Positions 50,260-59,770 of a DNA stretch of 64,000 bases are shown one piece after another. The notes under the pieces are model-generated. The model made no database searches, was not told where the DNA came from, and saw only the letters and a list, made by a program, of their open reading frames with translations. Both the position numbers and the translations under genes were made by a program. Within the stretch, counting starts at the first letter, position 1, and every line of letters begins with the position of its first letter. Origin of the DNA: Chloroflexota bacterium (GTDB lineage Bacteria > Chloroflexota > Anaerolineae > Anaerolineales > UBA11579); the NCBI GenBank assembly GCA_019456165.1, contig VRUJ01000002.1:54794-118793 (forward strand). Reading direction: 5' to 3'.

Positions 50260-51078
50260 TTAGTGAAGGAAAGTTGAGTAATAGAGAGCTGCGAACATGT
50301 GTATGAAACCAGCAATAAAGAGCGCTACCCCAAGAGGTATGTGCACACTGTGCCAGATGGCTAGAAAGTGTCTTACCAGTGCCAATGACGCAACCTGGCG
50401 CTTCAGAACCCTGTGACGGTAGATTAACTTTTCAAGTTTGTTTGCTTGAACGCGTGCAGCAGAATTCATTTTTCTTTTCGCGCGCCAAAACTTAAATCGA
50501 AAATTCCAATTGGAGATGAAACGCCCGAATAAGAACATAAACGTATTTTCCTTTGGCAAGGCCGCTGCGCTGATTAGTTGAATGAAATTATATGAACCTA
50601 CAGGCTGGGTATCACCTAAGCGTCTAAGTTCTGCTTCAGCAGTTGCGATTTGCTTTTCAAGATGTTTTCCTTCAACCATCACACCATCTGCAGTCCGTGG
50701 TACGGCTGTGTAAATATATCGCCCAATAAACCCGCTTCCTGCGATAATTATAGTTAAGAGGGTCACTACTCCGGCTAAGCCATTGAATATCCAGGAGGAA
50801 TGTAGAACCACGAGAAATGGCCCGACTAGTCCGGTGAAGATGTGAAACTGAAGCCATGCGGATGTTCGTCCCCAACGGGCGCTGCGGCTGCGCTTGCGCA
50901 CTGAGTAGAGAATTTCGGTCATCAACATAAGGATAAAACCTAGAATTCCCAAGGAATGTCCAAAGAATTCACCAGCTGCAGGGATTGAGCCTGTATAGAT
51001 GATCACACTTACATAAATTGAACCAATTAACAGGATGGCTAATAAAGAAAGCCACAATTCACGCGCGCTAGACTGCAA
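50260..51078 (-). CDS. Membrane protein with His-containing helices (cytochrome b / ferric reductase-like)
   Basis: YSVRKR...WLQFHIFTG...VLHS; WHSVHIP...IHMF; start moved to TTG 51078 after AAAGGA. Confidence 0.7.
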   Translation of the reverse strand: MQSSARELWLSLLAILLIGSIYVSVIIYTGSIPAAGEFFGHSLGILGFILMLMTEILYSVRKRSRSARWGRTSAWLQFHIFTGLVGPFLVVLHSSWIFNGLAGVVTLLTIIIAGSGFIGRYIYTAVPRTADGVMVEGKHLEKQIATAEAELRRLGDTQPVGSYNFIQLISAAALPKENTFMFLFGRFISNWNFRFKFWRAKRKMNSAARVQANKLEKLIYRHRVLKRQVASLALVRHFLAIWHSVHIPLGVALFIAGFIHMFAALYYSTFLH

Positions 51079-52381
51079 GTTGAAGATTCCTTTTGGAACA
51101 AAAACCGATAATAATATTCCCAATGGGCAAGTTAGGTTGAAGGAGTTGTTCACGGATAGGTGATATATCAATTTGTTTGGAGATAATCGGCTGTAAATAT
51201 TGGTATAGTGTCTGATCGCCCATCATCACAGCTCCCAATATGGTATTTTCCCCCAGCATAAGTCGAAGCCTGCTATCCTTATCCTTTGACTGCCTGACAA
51301 GGGCATCTGGGATTCTCCGCCATGTTTCACTATCGCCGCGGACAATGCTGACGAGATCTTCATCTGCCCCGCGGCCAACGCTGCCGATGATGGTAGTTGT
51401 CAAACCAGCCAGGCGGGTTACATTAAAGGCAACTCCTTTTATGTAAGGCACGTTCTGCCCGGTCATATTAAGACCAGCAGTCTGGCCCTGAAGCCGGGCA
51501 GGCACCCAAAGTGAGTCGATAATAGTTTTACCTGTAAAAGGGTCAAACACCTGGGTAATGTCTCCGGCTGCATAAATATTCGGGAAATTGGTTTGTAAAA
51601 ACTCATTTACCAATATCCCGCGGTCTGTCTGTATTCCTGCATTTTCGGCCAAGCGGGTGCGCGGTTTAATGCCTATAGCAACGCCCACGAGCCTACACTT
51701 GATAATTTTCCCGTCCCCGATGGAAACCCCACTTACCCGGCCGCGTTTACCCAATATCTTCTCTACTTCAGTGTGATAGTGTATCTTCACACCCTCACCA
51801 ATTAGGCGCTGTTCGACTATTTTAGATTCGGTCTCATCTAAGACACTACCCCAAAATCGATCGCGGCGCAGAAGATAATGTGTTTTTACTCCCCGCGCTC
51901 GAAAGCCTTCGACGAGTTCTAAAGCTGTGATACCCCCGCCAACCACCACCGCTTTACGCGCTTTACCGGTTAGTTTGATTATAGAGCGCGCGTCCTTCAA
52001 ATTATCTAATTTGACTACCCCGGTCAGGTCGATACCTGGGATTTTTGGAACGGCAGCTGCAGCCCCTACGGCGATCAACAACTGGTCGTAATGTATTTTG
52101 TCTCCGGAGTGTGTTTCAATCAACTGGTCGTTGGGGTATATTTTTATTACTCGCGCACGTAAACTTTGAATGTTTAGGTTAGTGAAGTCTTTCTTGGAAT
52201 AGGGGAAGAGCAGCTGTTGTGGGATTTCGTTAGTTAGGAAATATGCCAAACCAGGGCGGGAATAATAACCGTAGGGTTCATCACCAATCAGAAGTATTTC
52301 TCCAGAAGTGTCCTGACTGCGAATAACCTCTGCAGCAGAGATACCGGCTACCCCTGTTCCTATAATTACGTAGCGACGCAT
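51068..52381 (-). CDS. NAD(P)/FAD-dependent oxidoreductase (rubredoxin reductase / NirB N-terminal-like)
   Basis: IIGTGVAG, YSRPGL, VVGGGITALE, IYAAGD. Confidence 0.92.
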   Translation of the reverse strand: MRRYVIIGTGVAGISAAEVIRSQDTSGEILLIGDEPYGYYSRPGLAYFLTNEIPQQLLFPYSKKDFTNLNIQSLRARVIKIYPNDQLIETHSGDKIHYDQLLIAVGAAAAVPKIPGIDLTGVVKLDNLKDARSIIKLTGKARKAVVVGGGITALELVEGFRARGVKTHYLLRRDRFWGSVLDETESKIVEQRLIGEGVKIHYHTEVEKILGKRGRVSGVSIGDGKIIKCRLVGVAIGIKPRTRLAENAGIQTDRGILVNEFLQTNFPNIYAAGDITQVFDPFTGKTIIDSLWVPARLQGQTAGLNMTGQNVPYIKGVAFNVTRLAGLTTTIIGSVGRGADEDLVSIVRGDSETWRRIPDALVRQSKDKDSRLRLMLGENTILGAVMMGDQTLYQYLQPIISKQIDISPIREQLLQPNLPIGNIIIGFCSKRNLQLAV

Positions 52382-52385
52382 ATTT

Positions 52386-52667
52386 TCAGGTGTTCCTTTC
52401 CCCCAGGTGTTGCTGAGTTATATCGCTCAAGCGTCCAAACCGCAGCACCCCCCGAGGACAGCGAGCCACGCACTCCCCGCAGGTCAGACAATGGCTGTTA
52501 TTAATCGGAGATCCAAGCCAAGCATATCGGCGGACATCCAAATCAATCGGGCAGTTATATGTACATATACCGCATTGCACACAGCGGAAACTATCGGGGA
52601 TTACATAGCCGTCTGCAAGCGCTTTACGATGGCTCGGTTTGCCTTGAAATATGCCTCTAATACCCAT
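52386..52667 (-). CDS. 2x[4Fe-4S] ferredoxin
   Basis: CVQCGICTYNCP and CLTCGECVARCP. Confidence 0.92.
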   Translation of the reverse strand: MGIRGIFQGKPSHRKALADGYVIPDSFRCVQCGICTYNCPIDLDVRRYAWLGSPINNSHCLTCGECVARCPRGVLRFGRLSDITQQHLGERNT

Positions 52668-52833
52668 GAATTATTCCTGATTTGGATCAATGTAATTAAC
52701 TATACTCTACTTAAATCGATTGCCTATATCCCATTTATCCTAATTTGTGATTATAACTATGCAAACTGATGGAATATTCGTACAAGGGATTGATAGAATC
52801 ACACACTCTTTGCACAAATAAAAAAGACCATTG

Positions 52834-54136
52834 GTTAGTGTAACATTGTTTCTGTAATTTCCAAAAAATGATAGGTCAGGTATCCTTTTAGTTGCAAAAA
52901 CAAAAAAGGAGTTACACATGACCTATCAACAAGATTGTACATTACCAGAAGAGTTATTGGAACAGATTGCTACCGATGGATTGGAGGCGCTGCCGGGGTT
53001 GATCCGCATTCTGGTCAACGAAGCAATGAGGCTGGAGCGAGAGCAGCATCTCGGAGCGGGCGCGTATGAACGCACTCCAACGCGGCGCGGCTATGCCAAT
53101 GGCTATAAGCCGAAGACGATGAAGACCCGTCTGGGAGAGATCGAATTCTCGGTGCCGCAGGCACGGGAAGGCGACTTCTACCCGGATGCGCTGGAGAAAG
53201 GGCTGCGCAGCGAACGTGCCCTGACGCTGGCATTGGCAGAGATGTATGTCCAGGGCGTTTCGACCCGGCGAGTGGCAGCGATCACCGAACAATTGTGTGG
53301 CATAGCGGTGAGCAGCTCGCAGGTCAGTCGCGCAACAGGTCTACTGGATGAAGTGCTGGAAGCATGGCGTAACCGACAACTGGGTGAGATCATCTATCTG
53401 TACCTGGATGCCCGTTATGAGAAGGTGCGCATAGATGGGCAGATCCGTGATGCAGCCATTTTGATGGCTGCAGGGGTGGGCGTAGACGGGAAACGGCGGA
53501 TTTTAGGCGTCTCCGTCTCGCTGAGCGAAGCACAACTGCACTGGCGGGCATTTCTGGAGAGCCTAATTGAGCGCGGTTTGAGGGGTGTGCAGCTGATCAT
53601 CAGTGATGATCACAGTGGATTGCGCAAAGCCCGCCAGGCGGTGTTTACCGGCATTCCCTGGCAAAGGTGCCAATTTCATTTGCAGCAGAACGCCAGCCAA
53701 TATGTGCTGCGCAAGAAGATGCTCAAAACGGTCGCAGCAGACATTCGAGCGATCTTCAATGCGCCCGACCGTGAGCAGGCTGAGGTCTATCTACGGCAGA
53801 CTGTCCTTAAGTATGCAGATAGTGCTTCTGGCCTGGCTGACTGGCTAGAAACTGCCATTCCGGAAGGGTTGACCGTGTTCAATTTTCCTGAAGAGCATCG
53901 ACGCAGAATCCGGACCAGCAATGTGCTGGAGCGGGTCAGTCAGGAAATCAAACGGCGGACGCGCGTGATTCGTATCTTTCCAAATGAGGCATCGTGCTTG
54001 CGATTGGTGAGTGCGGTCTTGATGGAGATCAGCGAAGATTGGGTGACGGGTAGAATATACTTGAACTTCAAATCAGGCTAAAGCTTGCCCGACTAAAAAG
54101 GGCTTGACCATTTTACAGAAAAGATGTTGCACAATC
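52834..54136 (+). mobile_element. IS256-family insertion sequence
   Basis: Imperfect TIRs GTTAGTGTAACATTGTTTCTGTAA / GATTGTGCAACATCTTTTCTGTAA; no matching TSD. Confidence 0.9.
52918..54081 (+). CDS. IS256 (Mutator-like) DDE transposase
   Basis: EMYVQGVSTRRV, YLYLDA, ISDDH-x-GL, WQRCQFH, RTSNVLER, FPNEAS. Confidence 0.97.
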   Translation: MTYQQDCTLPEELLEQIATDGLEALPGLIRILVNEAMRLEREQHLGAGAYERTPTRRGYANGYKPKTMKTRLGEIEFSVPQAREGDFYPDALEKGLRSERALTLALAEMYVQGVSTRRVAAITEQLCGIAVSSSQVSRATGLLDEVLEAWRNRQLGEIIYLYLDARYEKVRIDGQIRDAAILMAAGVGVDGKRRILGVSVSLSEAQLHWRAFLESLIERGLRGVQLIISDDHSGLRKARQAVFTGIPWQRCQFHLQQNASQYVLRKKMLKTVAADIRAIFNAPDREQAEVYLRQTVLKYADSASGLADWLETAIPEGLTVFNFPEEHRRRIRTSNVLERVSQEIKRRTRVIRIFPNEASCLRLVSAVLMEISEDWVTGRIYLNFKSG

Positions 54137-55064
54137 AAAAATTTTCTGATACTTCTAAAAAAGATACATCATTTAACCATAAACGACCATGATGATCAAA
54201 CAAAAAAATTCCTGCACGCGTTTTGTTTTCACCTGGGGGGCTGCCATACTCTCGAACATCACCTGTTAGGGGATCAAATCGAATTACTCGCATGAGAACT
54301 TCTCTGATGTTTTCGTTGGAAAGATCTTCTAACCATCGACCTGCTACCCAGATAGCTCCATCCTCAGCAATTGCGAGAGAATGATATGCAAGTTCATACC
54401 CTTGCTCAGATCCCAGTTCAATACTAGCTATACGTTGTATTGGATCGAAACGGATTAGATGACCACTATAAAGGAACCATAAATTCCCTTCCTGATCCTC
54501 CAAGATTCGATCATAAGAGGTTCCACCTTGTGACATAGCAAAGAAAATCCCATCTCGGTCAATTATTATCTCAAAGCTATCTTTTTCATCATCAAATCGA
54601 CTTAAATATAATCCATCTAATACGTTTCCTGCAACATAGTGATGTCCCAGTGCCCAAAGGGTGTTATCTTTAGCGACGAAAAGTGAATATGGTACAAACT
54701 CATCTCCAAACTGATTCATTATCGTATATTCTTTTATTTCCCCTGTACTGGGAGTAAAACGGATAAGTCCACGCGTCATCCAAATCTCATCATCGTTGCG
54801 AACGACAATACTTCCAACATATGTTAATTTAGAGCGATCCTCATTTTCCTCACTGAGTTGCGCGTCCCACCCCTCAGGTAAAGGAATTGGTGTTGGTTCA
54901 TAGCTTGGTGTAGCCCCATGTGGATAAGCTAATTCGAACAGAGGAGGAGAACAATTGTTATCAACCAAAGGTTCATAACTACTAGGGTTACACGCAGCCA
55001 ATAACAAACATAAAGTACCAAATAGCCATAAAATGTTTTTACAAGAAAACGATTTTTTACGCAT
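54135..55064 (-). pseudogene. Beta-propeller lipoprotein, C-terminus probably truncated by IS256
   Basis: Lipobox LAAC; D-x-x-G-x-LW blade repeats; stop codon is supplied by the IS end. Confidence 0.65.
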
Positions 55065-55194
55065 ACTTTTGCCTCCCTCATCGAGAGTCTTACAAAGTTA
55101 ATATGCTCTTAGTGTACAAGAAATTGCCGTGATTCACAACCCAAAACCCCGCATTCCAACTTTCAAATACCACGCTCACAACTTTTCCCACTCA

Positions 55195-56034
55195 TCACCC
55201 CTCATTTCGGAACTGCAAACAATAATGGTGGAAGGTGTTGCTCACCCAGGCGTTACCCATGCCGTAGGGCGCCAGGCGGATATTATCCTGGCACCAGATC
55301 TTCTCATCCTTGAGGGTGTAGGTTTCACCCAACTGGCGCGCAAGATCCCAGGCAAGAGGGTAGATCACACCTCCCTTCTTCACATTCTTGACGATGATGG
55401 TGAGATAAGCGCGCTCGCGCAGCAGCGGTTTCAATCCCGCGTAGATCGCTACCAAATTTTGCATGAAATTTTCGTAATCATCCATATTACCCAAATCTTC
55501 TGGATCATCCGAATAGGTGATATCCAGGTCTGGCGCGGCGCGTCTCTTTTTCTGGGTTTCAGCGCCGCGCGCTTTCAGCATATTCCAATATGGAGGCGAG
55601 GTTATCACGTAATCGATCAGCGGCAGGTCAAATCCGGCTGCACCTTTGGCGTTGGCGTTGATAACTTCAGCAACCAGGTTATGAGCATCCTTGCCCAAGG
55701 AAACGCGCTCTTCACCAACTACATCCTGGGCAATGCGGGCGTACTCAGGGTTAAGCTCGATGCCGTAACTATTCCTTCCAGAGCGCAAAGCGGCTACCAA
55801 TGTGCTGCCTGTGCCCACCATCGGGTCCAGCACGTTCTGACCTGCTTTGGTAAAGAACTCGATAAATTCCTGCACCAGGGTTTCGGGGAATTTGGCAGGA
55901 TGGCGCAGCACATCTTTGCGCCTGGGGGGAGGGTTGTGCACAAACCAAGACTTCTGGAATTTCAACCAATCACGGTTGCTGAGATCATTCATTTTATTGA
56001 TCAACTTGCGTTTCGTCGGTTTGGTTTTACTCAT
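55195..56034 (-). CDS. Orphan amino-DNA methyltransferase (N4-C/N6-A type)
   Basis: HPAKFP, VLDPMVGTGST (motif I), TSPPY (motif IV). Confidence 0.85.
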   Translation of the reverse strand: MSKTKPTKRKLINKMNDLSNRDWLKFQKSWFVHNPPPRRKDVLRHPAKFPETLVQEFIEFFTKAGQNVLDPMVGTGSTLVAALRSGRNSYGIELNPEYARIAQDVVGEERVSLGKDAHNLVAEVINANAKGAAGFDLPLIDYVITSPPYWNMLKARGAETQKKRRAAPDLDITYSDDPEDLGNMDDYENFMQNLVAIYAGLKPLLRERAYLTIIVKNVKKGGVIYPLAWDLARQLGETYTLKDEKIWCQDNIRLAPYGMGNAWVSNTFHHYCLQFRNEG

Positions 56035-56035
56035 C

Positions 56036-56794
56036 TCACTGCTCCAAAATTTGGCGTACAACCATGTCGGTGAAACTCACCGTGACGGGCGTTTCTCCAG
56101 CGGTGCGCACAAAGACTCCCAGTGTTCCAGTATACAAGACGGTATCGCGCGCGCTGAAAAGGAATTGGTCGTTGACGAAGAAGCGCATCTGATCTCCATT
56201 AGCCCAGACTGCTAAGCGGCTCGTGCTCAGCGCTCCAGGAGTTATGACTCCGTGGGATATCCAGGGAACAACTGAAGATATTTGACCGTCAAAAAAACGA
56301 TCCAAACGCGCTCGTCCATCGCATGACAAGGAGAAACGATAATATTCCAAAGAGCTTGAAACCCGCACCAACAAGCCATATTCGTCAGCGCCAACGCAGA
56401 GGCTTGGTTTGGCGTTAATCTCAATATAGAAATCTGCGAAAACCGGCTCATTGCGTGTTGAAAAAAGGAAACTTCCGGGTTCCGATAAGGCTAAAGTTAG
56501 ATGATTGTTGATTATAGATACGCTGCTATTGCCGTTAGTCACCAAAGACCAGGCTTCCCCTGAATCGAAATCGTCTTGCAGGAGCGTCTCCCCCTGCCCT
56601 GGCCGCAAGTCTTCCGTGGGCGTGATAACGGGTGAGGGAAACACTGTTGGCGTACTGGTAGGTGGAAACCACACTATGGTTTCAGTAGGGCTTGGAAGAG
56701 CTGTGGGGGTATCGGTCGGAAAAGCGGTTGTTACAGGCGGTGAACATGCGGACAGATAAACCAGCGCGAGCAGGTGAACGATTCGTTTCATCAA
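56036..56794 (-). CDS. Lipoprotein with Pro/Thr linker and LamG/DUF1080-like beta-sandwich
   Basis: Lipobox LSAC; DDF...W, YGLLVR, FFVND, GTLGVF. Confidence 0.7.
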   Translation of the reverse strand: MMKRIVHLLALVYLSACSPPVTTAFPTDTPTALPSPTETIVWFPPTSTPTVFPSPVITPTEDLRPGQGETLLQDDFDSGEAWSLVTNGNSSVSIINNHLTLALSEPGSFLFSTRNEPVFADFYIEINAKPSLCVGADEYGLLVRVSSSLEYYRFSLSCDGRARLDRFFDGQISSVVPWISHGVITPGALSTSRLAVWANGDQMRFFVNDQFLFSARDTVLYTGTLGVFVRTAGETPVTVSFTDMVVRQILEQ

Positions 56795-56819
56795 ATCAAT
56801 TTAGCAATTCTGTAGCGTT

Positions 56820-58112
56820 TCAATCGCGGATAATAACCTGGTCTCGCTCCGGCCCCACAGAAATCCATCGCACCGGCATCCCGGCGGCGTCTTCGATGCG
56901 TTGGACATATTTTTGAGCTTGAGGTGGCAGATCATCCCAATGACGGGCAGCCGTCACATCAACATCCCAACCTGGCAATTCTTCGTAAACCGGTTCGAAT
57001 TGCGACAAATCTGCCGGGCCAAGAGGTAATTCTGTGAATGTCTCATCCCCAATTCGGTAGGCGATGCAGATTTTTAATGGGTCAATTCCACTCAAAATAT
57101 CTAGTTTGGTCAGCGCAACTTCTGTGAGTGTGTTTTGCCTGCAGGCATAGCGCAGCAAGACCAAGTCAATCCAGCCAACCCTGCGCGGGCGGCCTGTGGT
57201 CGTACCAAACTCGTCCCAAGGGTTTGCACCTGTGCCGCGCAGGTGTTTAGCAACTTTTCCTGATAATTCGGTAGGAAAAGCCCCTTCGCCAACCCGCGTT
57301 TGGAAAGCCTTGGTAACCCCAACAATTCGGTTAGCAGGCCGGATTCCAATCCCCAACCCCAATAATGCCCCTGCAGCCGTTGGGCTGGAACTAGTAACAT
57401 AAGGATAAGTACCGTGGTCCAAATCAAGCAGCGTTCCCTGAGCGCCCTCTGCGAGAACCCTCTTCCCAGAATTCAAAGCGTCAGTGAGCAGCTGGGAGGC
57501 GTCAACTATATAGGGTTTAAGCTGGCGCGCGTAATCCATGAATTCTGTTGCCACTGTTTTCGGATCTAGAGCATCTGCCCCGTAGAGCTGGGTTAAGTGC
57601 TTGTTGGCTTCTTCAACGCGCGTCTCAACTGCATCGGCAAAATCTTCTGGGTTCAGCATCATCTCAACCCGTAATCCCCTGCGGGCAGCCTTGGCCACAT
57701 ACGCAGGGCCGATCCCCCGTTTGGTTGTACCAATTTGTTCCGCACCACGCGCGCCTTCTTGGGCAGCGTCCAAAGCAACGTGAGCAGGAGTGATCAGGTG
57801 CGCAGCATGCGAAATACGCAGCCGCTTTGGAGGCAGGTCAATCCCCGCCTCGCGCAGTTGAGCCATTTCAGCCATTAAAGTGCTTGGATTCACCAACATA
57901 CCGTTCCCCAACACGCCAACAGTGTTTGGTTGGATTACACCAGAAGGAATTAAATGCAGTTTAAAAATTTGATCACCGACGGTGACCGTGTGTCCAGCAT
58001 TGTCACCCCCACCATAGCGCGCCACAAAATCAGCCTCTGCAGCTAGTAAATCTACCATACGCCCTTTGCCCTCGTCACCCCATTGGGCGCCTACAACGAT
58101 ATCTAATGGCAT
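56820..58112 (-). CDS. purA: Adenylosuccinate synthetase
   Basis: QWGDEGKG, NAGHT, GTTKRGIGPAY, EGAQG, TTGRPRRVGW. Confidence 0.99.
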   Translation of the reverse strand: MPLDIVVGAQWGDEGKGRMVDLLAAEADFVARYGGGDNAGHTVTVGDQIFKLHLIPSGVIQPNTVGVLGNGMLVNPSTLMAEMAQLREAGIDLPPKRLRISHAAHLITPAHVALDAAQEGARGAEQIGTTKRGIGPAYVAKAARRGLRVEMMLNPEDFADAVETRVEEANKHLTQLYGADALDPKTVATEFMDYARQLKPYIVDASQLLTDALNSGKRVLAEGAQGTLLDLDHGTYPYVTSSSPTAAGALLGLGIGIRPANRIVGVTKAFQTRVGEGAFPTELSGKVAKHLRGTGANPWDEFGTTTGRPRRVGWIDLVLLRYACRQNTLTEVALTKLDILSGIDPLKICIAYRIGDETFTELPLGPADLSQFEPVYEELPGWDVDVTAARHWDDLPPQAQKYVQRIEDAAGMPVRWISVGPERDQVIIRD

Positions 58113-58206
58113 AAAGCCTCTCCTGAATATTTATTTCTCCAATTATACACGCTCTGAAAGTTTTGGTTTTTGAGCATTATTTCACAATGTAAGCCTTCCA
58201 AGGCAC

Positions 58207-58235
58207 TTGACACAGAACGGATGTTCTTGTAAAAT
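58207..58235 (+). promoter_or_regulatory. Sigma70-type lexA promoter with SOS box AGAAC-GGAT-GTTCT (58214-58227) in the spacer
   Basis: TTGACA(58207-12), 17 nt, TAAAAT(58230-35); perfect GAAC-N4-GTTC palindrome; further AGAAC half-sites at 58238-50. Confidence 0.92.
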
Positions 58236-58280
58236 ATAGAACAAAAGAACCATAACCACTCTCAATAAAGGAGAGGCTCA

Positions 58281-58958
58281 ATGGCGAAACAAAAAGGTGA
58301 ACTAAAAGATAGGCACAAAAAGATTCTTGATGTCCTCGAACGCTACCAAAATACCGTCGGATACCCTCCATCTATCCGAGAGATCGGCAAAGAAACTGGC
58401 ATTACGTCTACTTCGGTAGTAAATTACTACCTCAACCAGCTCGAGGATTGGGAATTTATTGAACGAGATCGTAAAGTATCCCGCGGCCTTCGATTAACCA
58501 AAACAATAAAGAGCATTATTGATGAAATGATTCAGATACCACTCGTCGGTATGATTGGCGCTAGCGAACCTGTTCCCGTTCCAGGCTCGGACTTTAACTA
58601 TTACGATCCCGAATCCAGCATCGACGTTGCTCGCAGCTTACTGCCTAAAAGCGATCAAGGCAACCAGCTCTATGCACTGGAAGTCGATGGCGATTCGATG
58701 ATTGATGCCATGGTCAACGATGGCGATATCGTAATTATGAAATACACCCAGGAAGCTCGCGATGGTGAAATGGTCGCGGTGAGGTTAACCGACAAAGAAG
58801 AAACCACTCTCAAATTCTTTTACCGAGAGAACGGTCATGTGCGCCTGCAACCCGCAAATCCAAGCATGGAGCCCATCATTATCGAAGACCCCAGCACAGT
58901 AATGATTCAAGGCAAAGTGGTGTTAGTCATCCGGCAACTTAGCGGCAAGCCAGTATAG
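58281..58958 (+). CDS. lexA: SOS repressor LexA
   Basis: GYPPSIREI wHTH, GDSM (Ser) and TTLK (Lys) dyad; cleavage site region reads GAS rather than AG. Confidence 0.96.
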   Translation: MAKQKGELKDRHKKILDVLERYQNTVGYPPSIREIGKETGITSTSVVNYYLNQLEDWEFIERDRKVSRGLRLTKTIKSIIDEMIQIPLVGMIGASEPVPVPGSDFNYYDPESSIDVARSLLPKSDQGNQLYALEVDGDSMIDAMVNDGDIVIMKYTQEARDGEMVAVRLTDKEETTLKFFYRENGHVRLQPANPSMEPIIIEDPSTVMIQGKVVLVIRQLSGKPV

Positions 58959-59067
58959 TAAGCAACATCTGTACCAGTAAATTCGATAGAACCCTGCCAG
59001 CCTTCGCGTAGGGTTTTATTTTTTAATAATTTCAGTGCACCCCAAATCAATCTGGTAAAATTCTGAT

Positions 59068-59727
59068 GTGACAGCACACTTATTTCCTCCGGATGTCCCA
59101 CCTGCTAAACGCATCTTTGATTTGGTGCTCTTGCTGCCGGGTATCATCTTAGTTTCTCCCCTGCTAATAATAATTGCATTATTTATACGAATTTTCCACG
59201 GCTCGCCTGTGCTCTTCCGGCAATCCCGTCCAGGTTACCGAGGCGAATTATTCACTCTGTATAAATTTCGCACCATGACCAACGCCCGCGACACTCACGG
59301 CAATATGTTAGAAGATTCTGAACGCATGACTACTCTGGGCCGCTTATTGCGCGCTACAAGCCTGGATGAGCTGCCTGAGTTGTATAATGTCTTACGCGGG
59401 GAATTGAGCCTAGTAGGACCACGTCCTTTGCTTGTCCAATACCTGGAGCGCTACACCCTTGAGCAAGCCCGCCGCCACGACGTGCTGCCGGGCATAACCG
59501 GGTGGGCGCAGATCAATGGGCGCAATAATGTTTCCTGGGAGAATAAATTTTCCCTGGACGTATGGTATGTTGATAACTGGTCCCTTTGGCTAGATATTAA
59601 GATATTAGCGCTCACTCCTTGGAAAGTACTCGTGCGTGAAGGCATCAATGAACCGGGAAACGCCACAGCCAGAGAGTTTATGGGCACACAAAGCAATCCT
59701 CAGCATGGTATTGAAAAACCAGGCTGA
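59068..59727 (+). CDS. Monotopic phosphoglycosyltransferase (PglC-like sugar transferase)
   Basis: KRIFD, KFRTM, SLDELP, LVGPRP, PGITGWAQ. Confidence 0.93.
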   Translation: MTAHLFPPDVPPAKRIFDLVLLLPGIILVSPLLIIIALFIRIFHGSPVLFRQSRPGYRGELFTLYKFRTMTNARDTHGNMLEDSERMTTLGRLLRATSLDELPELYNVLRGELSLVGPRPLLVQYLERYTLEQARRHDVLPGITGWAQINGRNNVSWENKFSLDVWYVDNWSLWLDIKILALTPWKVLVREGINEPGNATAREFMGTQSNPQHGIEKPG

Positions 59728-59770
59728 AGACCTAACCCGAAAGAAAAGACCCTAGTATAATTCCACCCGT

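Noticed and set aside
52740-52820. FNR/CRP/Rex site upstream of the cytochrome operon
   Set aside because: Only half-sites with wrong spacing
55129-56073. 314-aa plus-strand ORF
   Set aside because: Antisense shadow of the methyltransferase; no recognisable motifs
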